Shown one piece after another: positions 40,947 through 52,990 of a stretch of DNA of 64,000 nucleotides. This stretch comes from Octopus sinensis (taxonomy: Eukaryota): NCBI RefSeq assembly GCF_006345805.1, contig NC_042997.1:3596001-3660000 (forward strand), given 5' to 3'. The notes beneath the pieces were generated by a model, which worked only from the letters and a program-made list of their open reading frames with translations, made no database searches and was not told the DNA's origin. The number at the start of each line of letters is the position of its first letter. The first letter of the stretch is position 1. The translations under genes and the position numbers were made by a program.

Positions 40947-41463
40947 ATTGAGTGAGAGTGCAGTTCAGGCCATCAAAGCGACACTGGGGTAAAATATACG
41001 AAGACCAATATACCCATCATGACTACCCATCTGATTAGGGTACACCAGGCACATGCATCACAACCATATGTGCGCGACATGGGGATCTCATTTCAAGATA
41101 AACAGCACATGACCTTGCAGGTTGGGCCCAGTTAGAATTTTCTTCAAAAGGTCCCTGAATAAGGGTTGTTTAAGGATGTTGAAAGAACCACCCATGTTTC
41201 CAGAGGTGAATTATTCAAACCCCAAAAAATCCCTCTCAACACATGGCCATGATGCTTCCCCACTACTTCTACTCGTGATCAGAGATGCACATATCGTCAG
41301 CTACTAAGGGAATGCTCAACTGGTTATGGTCAAACAACTGACAAGCAAATCTGTGGTATTGAGTAGAATATTTGCTGTAGCCCATCTTTTATACCAAGAC
41401 AAAACAATGTACACGATAACACTTCCAATCAGTTAAGATCATAACACTTCCAATCAGTTAAGA

Positions 41464-41465
<2 letters not shown>
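40947..41465 (-). mobile_element. Family C element in (ATT)n with 25 bp duplication at its 5' junction
   Basis: Homologous to 60310-60867. ataacacttccaatcagttaagatc is repeated at 41416-41440 and 41441-41465. Confidence 0.88.
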
Positions 41466-41556
<91 letters not shown>

Positions 41557-41568
41557 TCATCATCATCA

Positions 41569-41637
<69 letters not shown>

Positions 41638-41669
41638 TATTATTATTTTTAATATTATTATTATTATTA

Positions 41670-42208
41670 TTGAGTGAGAGAACGGTTAATACTATTAAAG
41701 TGGCACTGGGGTAAAATATAAGAAGCTAGCTTACTCATCAGGCTTATCCATCTGATAAGAGCACAGGAGGACCCTGCATTACAACACTATGTGCACGACG
41801 TGGTGACATTTTGTCTACATAAACCAGATATAACCTTGCAGGTGGGTTCCAGCTATAATTTCATCAGATCGAGTAGCCTATTCTTTCTCAAAATGTCTCC
41901 GAATAAGTGTTGTTCAAGATGTTGAGCAAAAACGCCCATGTTTTGTGAGATGAGTTATTTCCGCCCCCAAAATTTTCCTCTCAAGACATGTCTATGATTC
42001 TCCCATACGACTTCTGCTCCTGATCAGTGATGCACATATTGTTAACCACCAAGTGACATAATCATCTGTTTAAAATCAAACATTAAGCAAATCTGTGGTA
42101 TTGAACAGTATATTTGCTGTACAGATCTTTCATTCCAAGACAAATCATGTACTTGATAGCACTTCCAATCAGTTAAGATCAGAAGCTAAGCATATTTCTA
42201 CTGCATCA
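41670..42208 (-). mobile_element. Family C element, older diverged copy
   Basis: ttgagtgagag...aagcaaatctgtggtattg...acttccaatcagttaagatcagaagc. Confidence 0.82.
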
Positions 42209-42349
42209 CGTTCTACACCATAGTGTTGCTGGCGTGAGTTCTGTTTTCTTTTTCTTTTGTGGTTGAGATTGTGCAAACTCTTGTCGGTATTATTTTGTAT
42301 CAGTCTTCTTTTGTTTCTGTGGTGGAGTGCAGTCATTTGTTGTATTAGT

Positions 42350-42700
42350 GTTTGTGTTGTGTCTTGTGGGTGTAATGATTTGCTAATTTGGCTTGCTGGT
42401 GGTAATTAATTTCATTTGATATTTGCTGTATAGGATATGTTTTTCTTTGTTGATTAGTTTCTTTGGGTGTTACTATTGAATTGATAGCCCCTCGAGACGT
42501 ATGTGGACTCTTCCTCGCAGGCTCTGTTTTCATTTCGATAGTGTGCAATGTTGAGGTCCCAGATATACCTTCTATGTCTGTGTCCATATGGTTTTGATTA
42601 TGCCTACTTCAGTTCCGAGTATTTTGTGTTCTCAATTTGTCTACTTATATTTGGACAATACTCTTATCCGAATGTATTGCAATGTCTATCAGTATGTAGG
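42350..42700 (-). pseudogene. Possible AP-endonuclease relic of an RTE-like LINE
   Basis: Weak. A GTxNI-like motif lies near 42555 and AINSIVTPKET resembles INILALQET. Confidence 0.25.
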
Positions 42701-43309
42701 TGCTTTTTTAATGCCCAATCATTGTTTATGATGTCGATTTGAACATGCAACATTTTGTCGGTTTGAGCAGGCATTTCGCAGATAATTGTGGCCTAATCGA
42801 AGACTTGAACTTGTTTGGCACATTTGTTTTCAGTTTTTTTTATGTTGTAGTGTTGCCATATTGTCCAGTAGAAATGACTATTTACTCGGTCGCGACTGTA
42901 TATGTATTCAGAATTGGCAAGGACTAGAGACGAGAGACGATGTATTCAACTGTGTCATTCTGCTGGTTGCACTTTCTTCATTTGGGGTTAGAAGTTGTTT
43001 TCATTATTTTGCTTTCATACTTATTCATAGACATTTCTCTCATGGTGCGAGAATCAATCTTTCCCTTTCGATTTTAGTCAAGACGATTTGAGTCACTGCT
43101 GTGTTTTATTGGACTCACTTCTTCCCTGTCAAACCTCGATGGTTGTGGTCATGGAGTGATTTTAATCTCCATTTCTTATTCAGGAACTTTTGCATCTCTC
43201 TTTACATGTGTTTTATCTCTTTGAACATTTCAGTTTTTTTGTCACAATCTTACGGTTCAGTGTTCACGTGTTTTTCTGCCTAGTGATACAGACTACCACC
43301 ATCTCTCAT

Positions 43310-43534
43310 ACTCTATTATTGGTTTCAGTCATTTAACTGCGACCATGCTGAAGCACCGCCTTTAGTCGAGCAAATCGCCCCCAAGAATTATTCTTTGGGA
43401 GCCTAGTGCTTATTCTATCGGTATCTTTTACCGAACCGCTAAGTTACGGGGACGTAAACACACAACCACCCGTTGTCAAAGGATGTTGGGGGGACAAACA
43501 CAGACACACAAACACACACCCACACACCCACACT

Positions 43535-43566
<32 letters not shown>

Positions 43567-43737
43567 CATATATACGACAGGCTTCTTTCAGTTTCCGTCT
43601 ATCAAATCCACTCACAAGTCTTTGGTCGGCCCGAAGCTATACTAGAAGATTATTGCCCAAGGTGCAACGCAGTGGGAATGAACCCGGAAACATGTGGTTG
43701 GTAAGCAAACTACTCACCACAAAGCCACTCCTGCCCC
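43310..43737 (-). mobile_element. tRNA-derived SINE, family B
   Basis: Colinear with 40394-40774. Confidence 0.9.
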
Positions 43738-44139
43738 TATGAAAATCTTTACCTTTTATTTCTCTCTCTCAGTATTTCTCTCTCTCTCCTCTCGACTATA
43801 TCACACAAGGCTCTGTAAGCATTATCCTTTGAACTTCAGTTGTGTATCCCAATTTTCTCTCGATGAGATTCATGCATAAGTACCCTTCCGAGGTACAAAG
43901 CATTAACCCCACATTACTGTCTTTAAATTATGCAGAGATATATTCAAATCAGGGATCCCACCCATGCTCTTAGAGTCAGAATATTTCAACCGTAATATTT
44001 TCTAATCTCTGCATGTAATTAATAGTAATTTTTGCTAATATTGTGGAAATTTCGGACGGGCAGCATTCGATCTAGAGAATGAAAAATGAGGTTCATTACT
44101 TTCTTCCAACTAGGCAAAACACTACAGACATATATGTAT

Positions 44140-44147
44140 AGATATGC

Positions 44148-44244
<97 letters not shown>

Positions 44245-44422
44245 ACAAGTTTATAAGTGCCAACGCCCAAAAATCTGTCGGACCTTGAGAAGTTCCTTCT
44301 GTTAATATTAATGCCTCTGTGTGTGTCTCTCTTTCTCTCTCACTCTCTATACACACATATACACATACATACATACATACACATACATACACCACACATA
44401 CATATATATATATATATGTATA

Positions 44423-44470
<48 letters not shown>

Positions 44471-44479
44471 ATATATATC

Positions 44480-44568
<89 letters not shown>

Positions 44569-44570
44569 AA
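44140..44570. repeat. (TA)n tracts (44140-44241 and 44400-44570)
   Basis: Direct reading. Confidence 0.95.
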
Positions 44571-45994
44571 TAAATATTAGGGAATAAATCCAAATTTACA
44601 GGGAAAAAATCAGATTTAGGATTAAATCGATTTTATAGTAAAATATTATAAAATATTATTCGAGACAAAACCACTATTTTGCAAAACAACAAGGAAAGAC
44701 TTAATCAATACATAAAATTTTAATAAATAGTAAAAAAAACCGCCACTACAATCGTTTCTTGTCTTGATCGACAATCTTCAGGTGGACTTCAATCTAAAAA
44801 ATCAATATTTTAAAATATAAAAATAATAATTTTAAAATAATTAAAGTATGAATGAAAAAATATAAGTATATAATCCATATATAACCTATCTATAATCCAT
44901 ATATAAACAATATATAAACAATATATAAACTAAAAAACCTATCAACAATTAAATATAAAATATAAAATATAAAATATAAAATATAAAATATAAAATATAA
45001 ACAAAACAAAAAAAAAAAATAATAATAATATAATAATAAACTATATATACACCCATACGCATATACCTAATTATATATAACCATATCTAACTACATACAC
45101 TAAATCACACACCTATATATATATCCCTATACATACACATAAAAATGTCTAGGCAACTATAAATAAATAAAATAGCTAAATACTTCAACACAATACTTAT
45201 TCATACTCCCACACACACACACATACAACCCACATTCACGCTCTAGAAAACGGACATCACTCAAATCTATGAACGGAGAAATGGAATAAATGGAATTAAA
45301 AATTATATTCACTTGGTAAAACGAACACTACTTAAAAATTATGAATGAAACAATGCAATAAAACAACAGACATCGCAAATAGACACAAATTACTACAAAT
45401 TCCTTATCAAACCTACCATGATAACCAAAACTCATAAAAACATATAATGATAAAATCTCCCTTTACTAAACTCTATAACAAACCTATATAGCAATCCCCC
45501 TAACCTAAACATTCACACACAAATACACACTCGTAAACCACACACCCACGACATATACAAATACCCACACCACTTACACATACCAATACATACATATAAA
45601 CCTCAACATATACTCCAAAAACCCACTCAACTCCACACAGACAAATAAACACAAAAATTATGAATGGATTCTTTTATTAAACTACCATGATAAGCTAAAC
45701 CTCACAAAACAGAAATGATAAAACCTCCCTTTACTAAACACTAAAACATACTTATATAGCAATTCCTTTAACCTATACATTCACACACAAAACCACTCGT
45801 AAACCACACACCCATAACAAATACAAACTCCCACCCCACTCACACACACCCAGAAGTACATATAAGCCTCAACATATACACCAAACAAAATTACTTTACC
45901 AAGGAACTTAACATATATATAAAAAGTATAACCGCTCTAGAACGAACATCTCTTGTTTTGCAAAATAGTGGTTTTGTCTCGAATAATATTTTAT
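44570..45994 (-). mobile_element. Non-coding hammerhead-bearing element (PLE-derived or retrozyme-like) inserted in (TA)n
   Basis: (TA)n on both sides, a perfect 42 bp inverted repeat (44648-44689 / 45953-45994), an intact HHR (44743-44785), an internal duplication (45413-45620 / 45682-45886) and strong A/C-rich, G-poor skew on the plus strand. Confidence 0.75.
44743..44785 (-). ncRNA. Intact minimal type-I hammerhead ribozyme
   Basis: RNA sense: CCAC CUGAAGA UUGUC GAUCAA GACAA GAAAC GAUU GUA GUGG. All core nucleotides are present. Stem I is CCAC/GUGG, stem II is UUGUC/GACAA, and stem III is AC-GAUU-GU (near-palindrome ACGAUUGU). Predicted cleavage is after GUA, between 44747 and 44746. Confidence 0.85.
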
Positions 45995-46016
45995 TATATA
46001 TATATATATATATATA

Positions 46017-46060
<44 letters not shown>

Positions 46061-46061
46061 A

Positions 46062-46143
<82 letters not shown>
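45995..46143. repeat. (TA)n microsatellite
   Basis: Direct reading. Confidence 0.97.
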
Positions 46144-47689
46144 TCCTAGCAGTACACATCACTGGTTCTGTTGTCATGTGTATAAGTATATTTACCCTGA
46201 ACAGAGGATAAATAAACGCCCTCAGATGAAACCAATAAATACATCCATCAGATTTCTACTTGCTTTCCTTCTGAGTCATCTCTATTTTTTATCTCTTGGT
46301 AAATATTAAGAGTAAAGACAGAAATCGTTTCCTTGCGATTAAATATATAACCCGTGTAACTTTATTCAAATTTAAACCCCAAATTAAGTATCTCTGTAGC
46401 ACAGCCGTTGATTTCTTGTTCGCCTAGACAGTTTTATTACCTATATTGACTTAAAAGCTAATACTGCCTTTGTTCATATGACATATTGCCTTGCTCTTTC
46501 GTATATTGTTTACCGATTTTAAAAAATAGCCTTTGTTTTGGTTATTGTAAAATATCCGTTTGTTTAAGTGTGTTATGGAAGATGAAGGATATATATGCTT
46601 ATGTTTTGTGATGAAACAAATGTTTGATTTTTATCTTATGTGATTGAAAATATTATTATGAGGGCTTGAAATGGCATTTTGACTTTCATGATTTTCTGAT
46701 TGTCAATAAGTGTGACGAAATCTCAATGTTACTTTTTCTTCAATCATTTATGAAAGAAATATATTGTTTGTGTTATGAAATGTATCTATATAAAAGTCAG
46801 ACGAAACATTAATAAATGCATATAATGATATTTATGAGTTGTGTCCAAGTAGTATCCGAAAGAAAAATCCCTGGAACTCGCTAGCCTAACGTATATAGTG
46901 AATGATAAGCATACGGAGGACTTGTGGAGACGAACTGAGGAGGTAACTTCCATTACTACCACTTATTTATCAGCAATATTTCGTATCAATTGATGTTAGC
47001 TATGAAGTACGTTAGATATATCTCGTTGTAATGGAGTAACAACTTCTAATTATTTCTGCCGAATATTAGATTATTCAGGGTGCCTGGTTAGTATTTTAAT
47101 AGTTTCACATACGCACACATATATATGTATGTATATCTGTATATACATATGTATGTCATTATTCAGTTTTATTTGAAGATTTCTTACCAATAGGGAAAAA
47201 GACGGTTTTGTAACCTAGATCCAAGATTGTTTGCGATGAAGCTAGATGATTATAGTAATAATTGTGAAACCATAGTAGTGAGCGAGTAAATAATAAGGAA
47301 GGGATTATATTAAGAGTAGTGAAATGATAATAGTGAACAATAATTATCCAGGATGAATAACAAGCGGCTTTATGAAACCGTCGAGTCATCGGCAACTAAA
47401 CGCGCAACAGCACTAAGGAGGGTAGATTGTCTCAGGAGATAGCAACAGGAGGATATGAGAATAAACGAAGAGATGATTATACAAAACGCGCAGAAATGTA
47501 CAAGCGTAGACACGACAATGTAACCCAAATGCCAACTATGGATATGAGGTTACGGTTGTTTGGTATGAAAATACACAGGGAATTGTAATGGACGAAAAGG
47601 GGTAAACAAAATTAATAAGGACTTAGGAGGGAAGAAAATGAGTAGATAATAATTGACATGGCAGTGTCAGGAGATCGATATATCAATAT

Positions 47690-48005
47690 ATCATCATGAA
47701 AGAGGTTGATAAACATGGAGACCTGAGAAATGAGATCGCTAGGATGTGGCAGCTACGAGAGTCGAACATAATGGTTATCCCTATTGTCATTGGAGCATTG
47801 GATTCAATAGCACCTAATCTAAAAACTTTTGAAATATCCTACAATCTAGATATATTGCAAAAGTTGGCATTACTTAGAACTGTTCGCCTATTGCGTAACG
47901 TAATATATGTCTGAGGCCCTTGTTGTGAGTTAATAAACAGTACAAATCCCTGGTAGACAATATCTTCACTCAAAACCAAGCTACATTGTATACTGTGTGA
48001 GGTCT
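47690..48005 (+). mobile_element. 3' end of R4/Dong-like LINE with (TAA)n tail
   Basis: ORF 47696-47914 reads KHGDLRNEIARMW...IPIVIGALD...LQKLALLRTVRLLR, and (taa)n starts at 48006. Confidence 0.8.
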
Positions 48006-48020
48006 ATAATAATAATAATG

Positions 48021-48056
<36 letters not shown>

Positions 48057-48252
48057 TAATAATAATAATGAAATTAATAATAATAATAAAAAAAAATAAT
48101 AATAATAATAATTATTATTATTATTATAATAAGGATGATGATGATGATGATTATTATTATTATTATTATTATAATTATTATTATTGTAATTATTATTATC
48201 ATTATTATTATCATTATTATTATTTTTATTATTATTATTATTATTATCATCA

Positions 48253-48321
<69 letters not shown>

Positions 48322-48323
48322 TA

Positions 48324-50130
48324 TATGTTTGACTTTCGCTGTATATTTGTACAAGTTGGCTCCAAGTCTCACCCAGAGACATCAAGAGACAACAGGATGG
48401 AAGTTCATGTTGTTGTTATGCCTAGTGTGCTATATATTTGGGTTTTTTTGGTGTTCTGCTATTGGATGTCCAAAAAAACAAAAAAAAAAACAAAACGAAA
48501 ATTATGTTTGTTTTAAACCCTGAGATTACATAGAAAGTATTTTACGTAGGATGTGAGCAGTTCCCATGAGCACTATCTTTTGAATTTATGCCATTTTGGG
48601 GCTTCCTGGTATCTGAGTTAGGTAGCAATCAGCCCCTTTCGGTATCATTCCTAGGGCACCTATGACAACAGGTATTGTTTTTGTTTTCAGGTTCCACATT
48701 TTGCTGATTTCTATTTCAAGATATTTATATTTGCTCAGTTTTTGACGAATACGTTTATATCGATTGGGACAGTCATATCAATGAGGAGGCACGTTCTTTG
48801 TTTGAAGTCTTTCAATATAATGTCTGGCCTATTTGCATCTATCTTTTTGCCAGTTTAAATGGGGAAGTTCCACAAGAGCGAGATGTGGTCATTTTCAAGC
48901 ACCGGAGGTGGTTTGTGTTCCCACCAGCTTTTTCGATGGGGCAAATCCAGGTTTTTGCAAATTACCCAGTGAATATATTGTGCAGCTCTATCATGCCTGT
49001 TGAGATACTCTGTAGGCGCTAGAAGGCTGCACTTGGAAACTGCATGATCAATGGTTTCATATTGTTATTGAGATACACGACATGCTAGGCTACTGCCGTT
49101 CTTTAATATGTTGGCCTGGTAGATTCTTGTTGGTAGGCATTGATCTTGAGCTGCTGTGATAAACCCTTCTGTTTCAGATTTTAAGCCAGAGGCCATTAGC
49201 CATTGATGTGTCAGGGCTTTGTCAATATCTGCATTATTCGCTCTCTTTGGGTATTTGCCATAGAGAGGTTTTTCTTGCCATTTATCATTCAGAATATTTA
49301 AGGCCGCATTTTGAGCACGAGTTTTCATGCGCGTAGCTTTTTCTGTGCTTGTATGTCTAATTTCGAAATTTGTCAGAGATTTTCAGGTAGGTATCTAGGC
49401 CAATTGTAGCAATCTTTATTGTTATTGCTAGTTGTAAAAGTCCACGGCCTCCCTCTTTTCTTGGCAGATAAAGTCGTCCTGTATCTGCCTTAGGGTGGTG
49501 CATTCTATGCATTGTCCACAGTTTTCTTATTTTTCCGCCAAGATAACATATTTCAGTAATTGACTGAATTCATCACTGAATTGTTTAACAATCTCTAGTA
49601 AGCCCTTGAGTTGTTGGTCATTTTTTGCAAAGAGCTTTAAATCATCCATGTAAATGAGATGATTTATATTTTTATCAAACATTTTATATCCGTACTACGC
49701 GTTATTGAGCAATTTTGAAGTTTTAAGGCTAATCGAAAGAGATGTGTTGATAGTGAGTCACCCTGGAAAATGCCACATGACATTTTTACATCACCAGCAT
49801 TTAGAGATTCATTGTCACTGTTCAAAGTTAGTGTGGTTCTCCATGATCTCATACTTGCAGACAAAAAGTTTCGTAGATTAGGTGCTTTTCTATACATTTC
49901 TAGGCATATCTTAATCCAGCTATGTGGATTAATTTGGGATCGAGAAATGTGTTGTATTGATTCTGAAAATGGGGAGTATCAGTAAAAGACGGTTATGTAC
50001 CAGAATCTTCAGATTACCTAACTTTCTACCAACAAATACGAAAGAATCGGTATAAGCTTAAAACTCTTTGAGTGATGCTGCTGTCTTTGGACATAATTAT
50101 TAAAGTGTGTCTTAAACTGCGCGTGACAGA
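48324..50130 (-). mobile_element. Internally deleted R4/Dong-like LINE
   Basis: GIFQGDSLS (ORF 49664-49897), HLIYMDDLKLF, HPKADTGRLY, KWQEKPLYGKY...WLMASGLKSETEGFITAAQDQCLPTR (ORF 49065-49328). The 3' UTR matches 30126-30405. Confidence 0.88.
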
Positions 50131-50522
50131 TTTCTATATAATCTTCCTGCAGACAGAGCATCCTTGTACATTATGTTTTCGGGTATTGTGAAAATATCAA
50201 ACATGTTTAAATGGCAGTGTTTCAAATATTATATAACCCGTAGGAAGGCTAGCATTACTAATATAAATCACAGAAGAGATGGGCGCCCATTCTTTTAGAT
50301 CAATAATGCTGCCAATGCCCGAAAGACCACAGGAGTATGTGCAACATAACGACAACTGGGACAGGATCAAACCTGGAAACACTTAAATAACAGCAACGTA
50401 GGTATGTATGTATATATGCAGGTATGTATGTATGTATGTATATATGTATGTATGTATGTGTGTATGAATGCATGAATGCATGCATGAGTGTGCGTATGTA
50501 TGTATGCATGCATGCATGTATG

Positions 50523-50590
<68 letters not shown>

Positions 50591-52289
50591 CGTGTGCGTG
50601 TGTGTGAGTGTGTGTGTGTGTGTTTGTGTGTGTGTATGCATGTATGCATGTATGTATGTTTGTATGTATGTATAAGTTCAGATATCATTATAGGCATTTT
50701 CTTTTTCAATCACGTTATTGAATTTAGCTTTATTTTCAGAATTTATATCTAGTTAATTTCACTTTTGCCTTAAAATATATTGTAAATTAGGTGGAAATGA
50801 CATGTCAGTTGGAAAATGATCCCTATTCTGGTGATATTTTATAAAATCTATTGGCATGAAATTTGTAGGCATTAATATACATATGATTGTGGATCGATAT
50901 ATTCCCTATTATGATCGATTTATCCTTTTCCTTTTCTTGCAAAACAGGTTTGCATTTCGTAAACCTGGGATGGGTTTCTGTATATGATGAGTACAAAGAT
51001 AGCTTAGCATTCTCTCTTTATATGATTGTATCAGTATTCACCCATCGTATCCCCAAAAATGATGTTTCATTGATGGAACCTGCTTAGTTATCTTCAGCTG
51101 TTACGTCATCCATTCTTTTTCAGAAGAAAATTTGAAATATTATAATGGAAGAAAGTCTCTGTTTCCCCAGGTCTATTCATGAATTTTGATTCTGGTACAC
51201 CTCGGTTTTTTGTTTAGATTTTGATACTTTTGTGAGTGTATCTGCGGGACAACTTTTTCATTGATATCCGTGGCAAATACAGACAAACATAAAAACACAC
51301 ACATACATACACACACACACACAGACACGCACACACACGCACCCCCCCACACACACAAGCAAACATAAACATATTGTTTAATTTCTCTTGGTGTTACTGA
51401 TGAATAGCAAATATTTTCATTAAGATTGTGATAGTGAGATTCTATATTCATATTCTTTTTTGAAATGTAATGCTTATCAGTAGGAGATATTGCTCCCTAG
51501 GTACTGATGCTTATAGCTTTAATGAATGACCCGTTCGACATTTAAATGTTGACCTTGTATAGAAACTCTAGTTTTTTGGAGTTCTAGTACCAGGATCTTA
51601 TTCATATTATCTTTAGTTAAGGTTTTGTTGATCAGTGTACTTTCGATTTCAAGTATTTTATTGTTTCGCTTTTTTTTCTTCTTCTTCAACTGTGCCTTGG
51701 GAATCTGTGATAAGACAAACTTTTGAATGTCTCTTTTTGTAATATATTTTCACTATTTTATATTTCGTAGTGGAATATTTCTCTCAAATTCTTTAGTACG
51801 ATTTCTGATATTCTTTTGCATTTGAGAATTTCACATCGGAAATTATATATATGGAGTTGTCATACAACATTAAATTTAGATTGAAACTATTATTTCTTAA
51901 ATTATCATAAGACAACGCTGTCACTTTCATTTATTTCTCGAGATTTTATGGCTGTTAAACGTGCATATAGAATTGAAGCTTATGGTACTCACATTCTTTT
52001 TTACCCTTCAAATTTTATTCTCCGGGTCAGAGTGGTATAATGTAGAACTTTATTTAGATTGCCACCATTTGGTTTCAAGAAAGCCTTAATTGGAAACTTC
52101 CCTATTTATTTTTTAGGGGAGTAGTTGCTTATAAGCAAACATACATATTTTCCTTTTGACCACTGTCAGCACCATACATATTTTATATTTACAGTGTTTT
52201 AGTTAATGTATAAGGGAAAAACTGAACTGGTTTTGTATGTTTCGGTGGTTTCGTTATCCAAACACTTGCCACTACCAACATTCGTATTA

Positions 52290-52470
52290 CATTGGTTTCA
52301 AATTTTGCTACAAGGCTAGTATTTTCAGGGTAATGAGTAAGTCGATTACATCGAACCAGTGAGAGCTATATCAACAACAAACATATGAAAGGCAAAGTCA
52401 CCCTCGACGGAATATGAATACGGAACGTATAGGCGGACGAAATGCCACTAAGTATTTTACCTGGCGTACT
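52290..52470 (-). mobile_element. SINE family A, degenerate
   Basis: ttggtttcaaattttgctacaagg...gtcgattacatcga...tgaaaggcaaagtca...gacgaaatgccactaag. Confidence 0.7.
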
Positions 52471-52654
52471 GTTCAACGCCTCTCATTCGTAATACATTAA
52501 TCATAAGGCATATGCTTTCGTGCACTCTACAAATAAGTCAGTGTGTTACAGTATTATTTTGCCATGATCCCTTTTGTTATAGTACCAAAAAACAATGTGT
52601 GACACCTGACATCAACTGGTGATGTATAAATATATATGATAAATAACTATATAT

Positions 52655-52895
52655 TTCATAACTACGGCCATGCTGGAAGACCATCTTTAGGCGAAACAGT
52701 CGACCCCAGCACAAATTCTTTCTAAGCTTAGTACTTATAAATAGACCGACAGATACAGATACACATATACATATATGCGACTGGCTACTTTCAATTTCCG
52801 TCAATCAAATCCATTCACAAAGCTTTGGTCGGCCCGAGTATATATTAGAAAACACTTGGTCAAGGTGCTGTGTAGTGGGACTAAAACCAGGAAGG
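52655..52895 (-). mobile_element. SINE family B, degenerate
   Basis: actacggccatgctgga...ttccgtcaatcaaatccattcacaaagctttggtcggccc. Confidence 0.75.
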
Positions 52896-52990
52896 ACGTG
52901 GTTAGGAAATATATGCATGTGTGTTTGTTACTAAAATATATTTTGTTGTAAAATTAATACGTGCAGAATATCATGTATTGAAGGTATATA

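Noticed and set aside
50760-51700. Possible L1-like RT relic on the minus strand (KEKDKSIIIGN-like)
   Set aside because: A single weak motif is not enough to call a feature.
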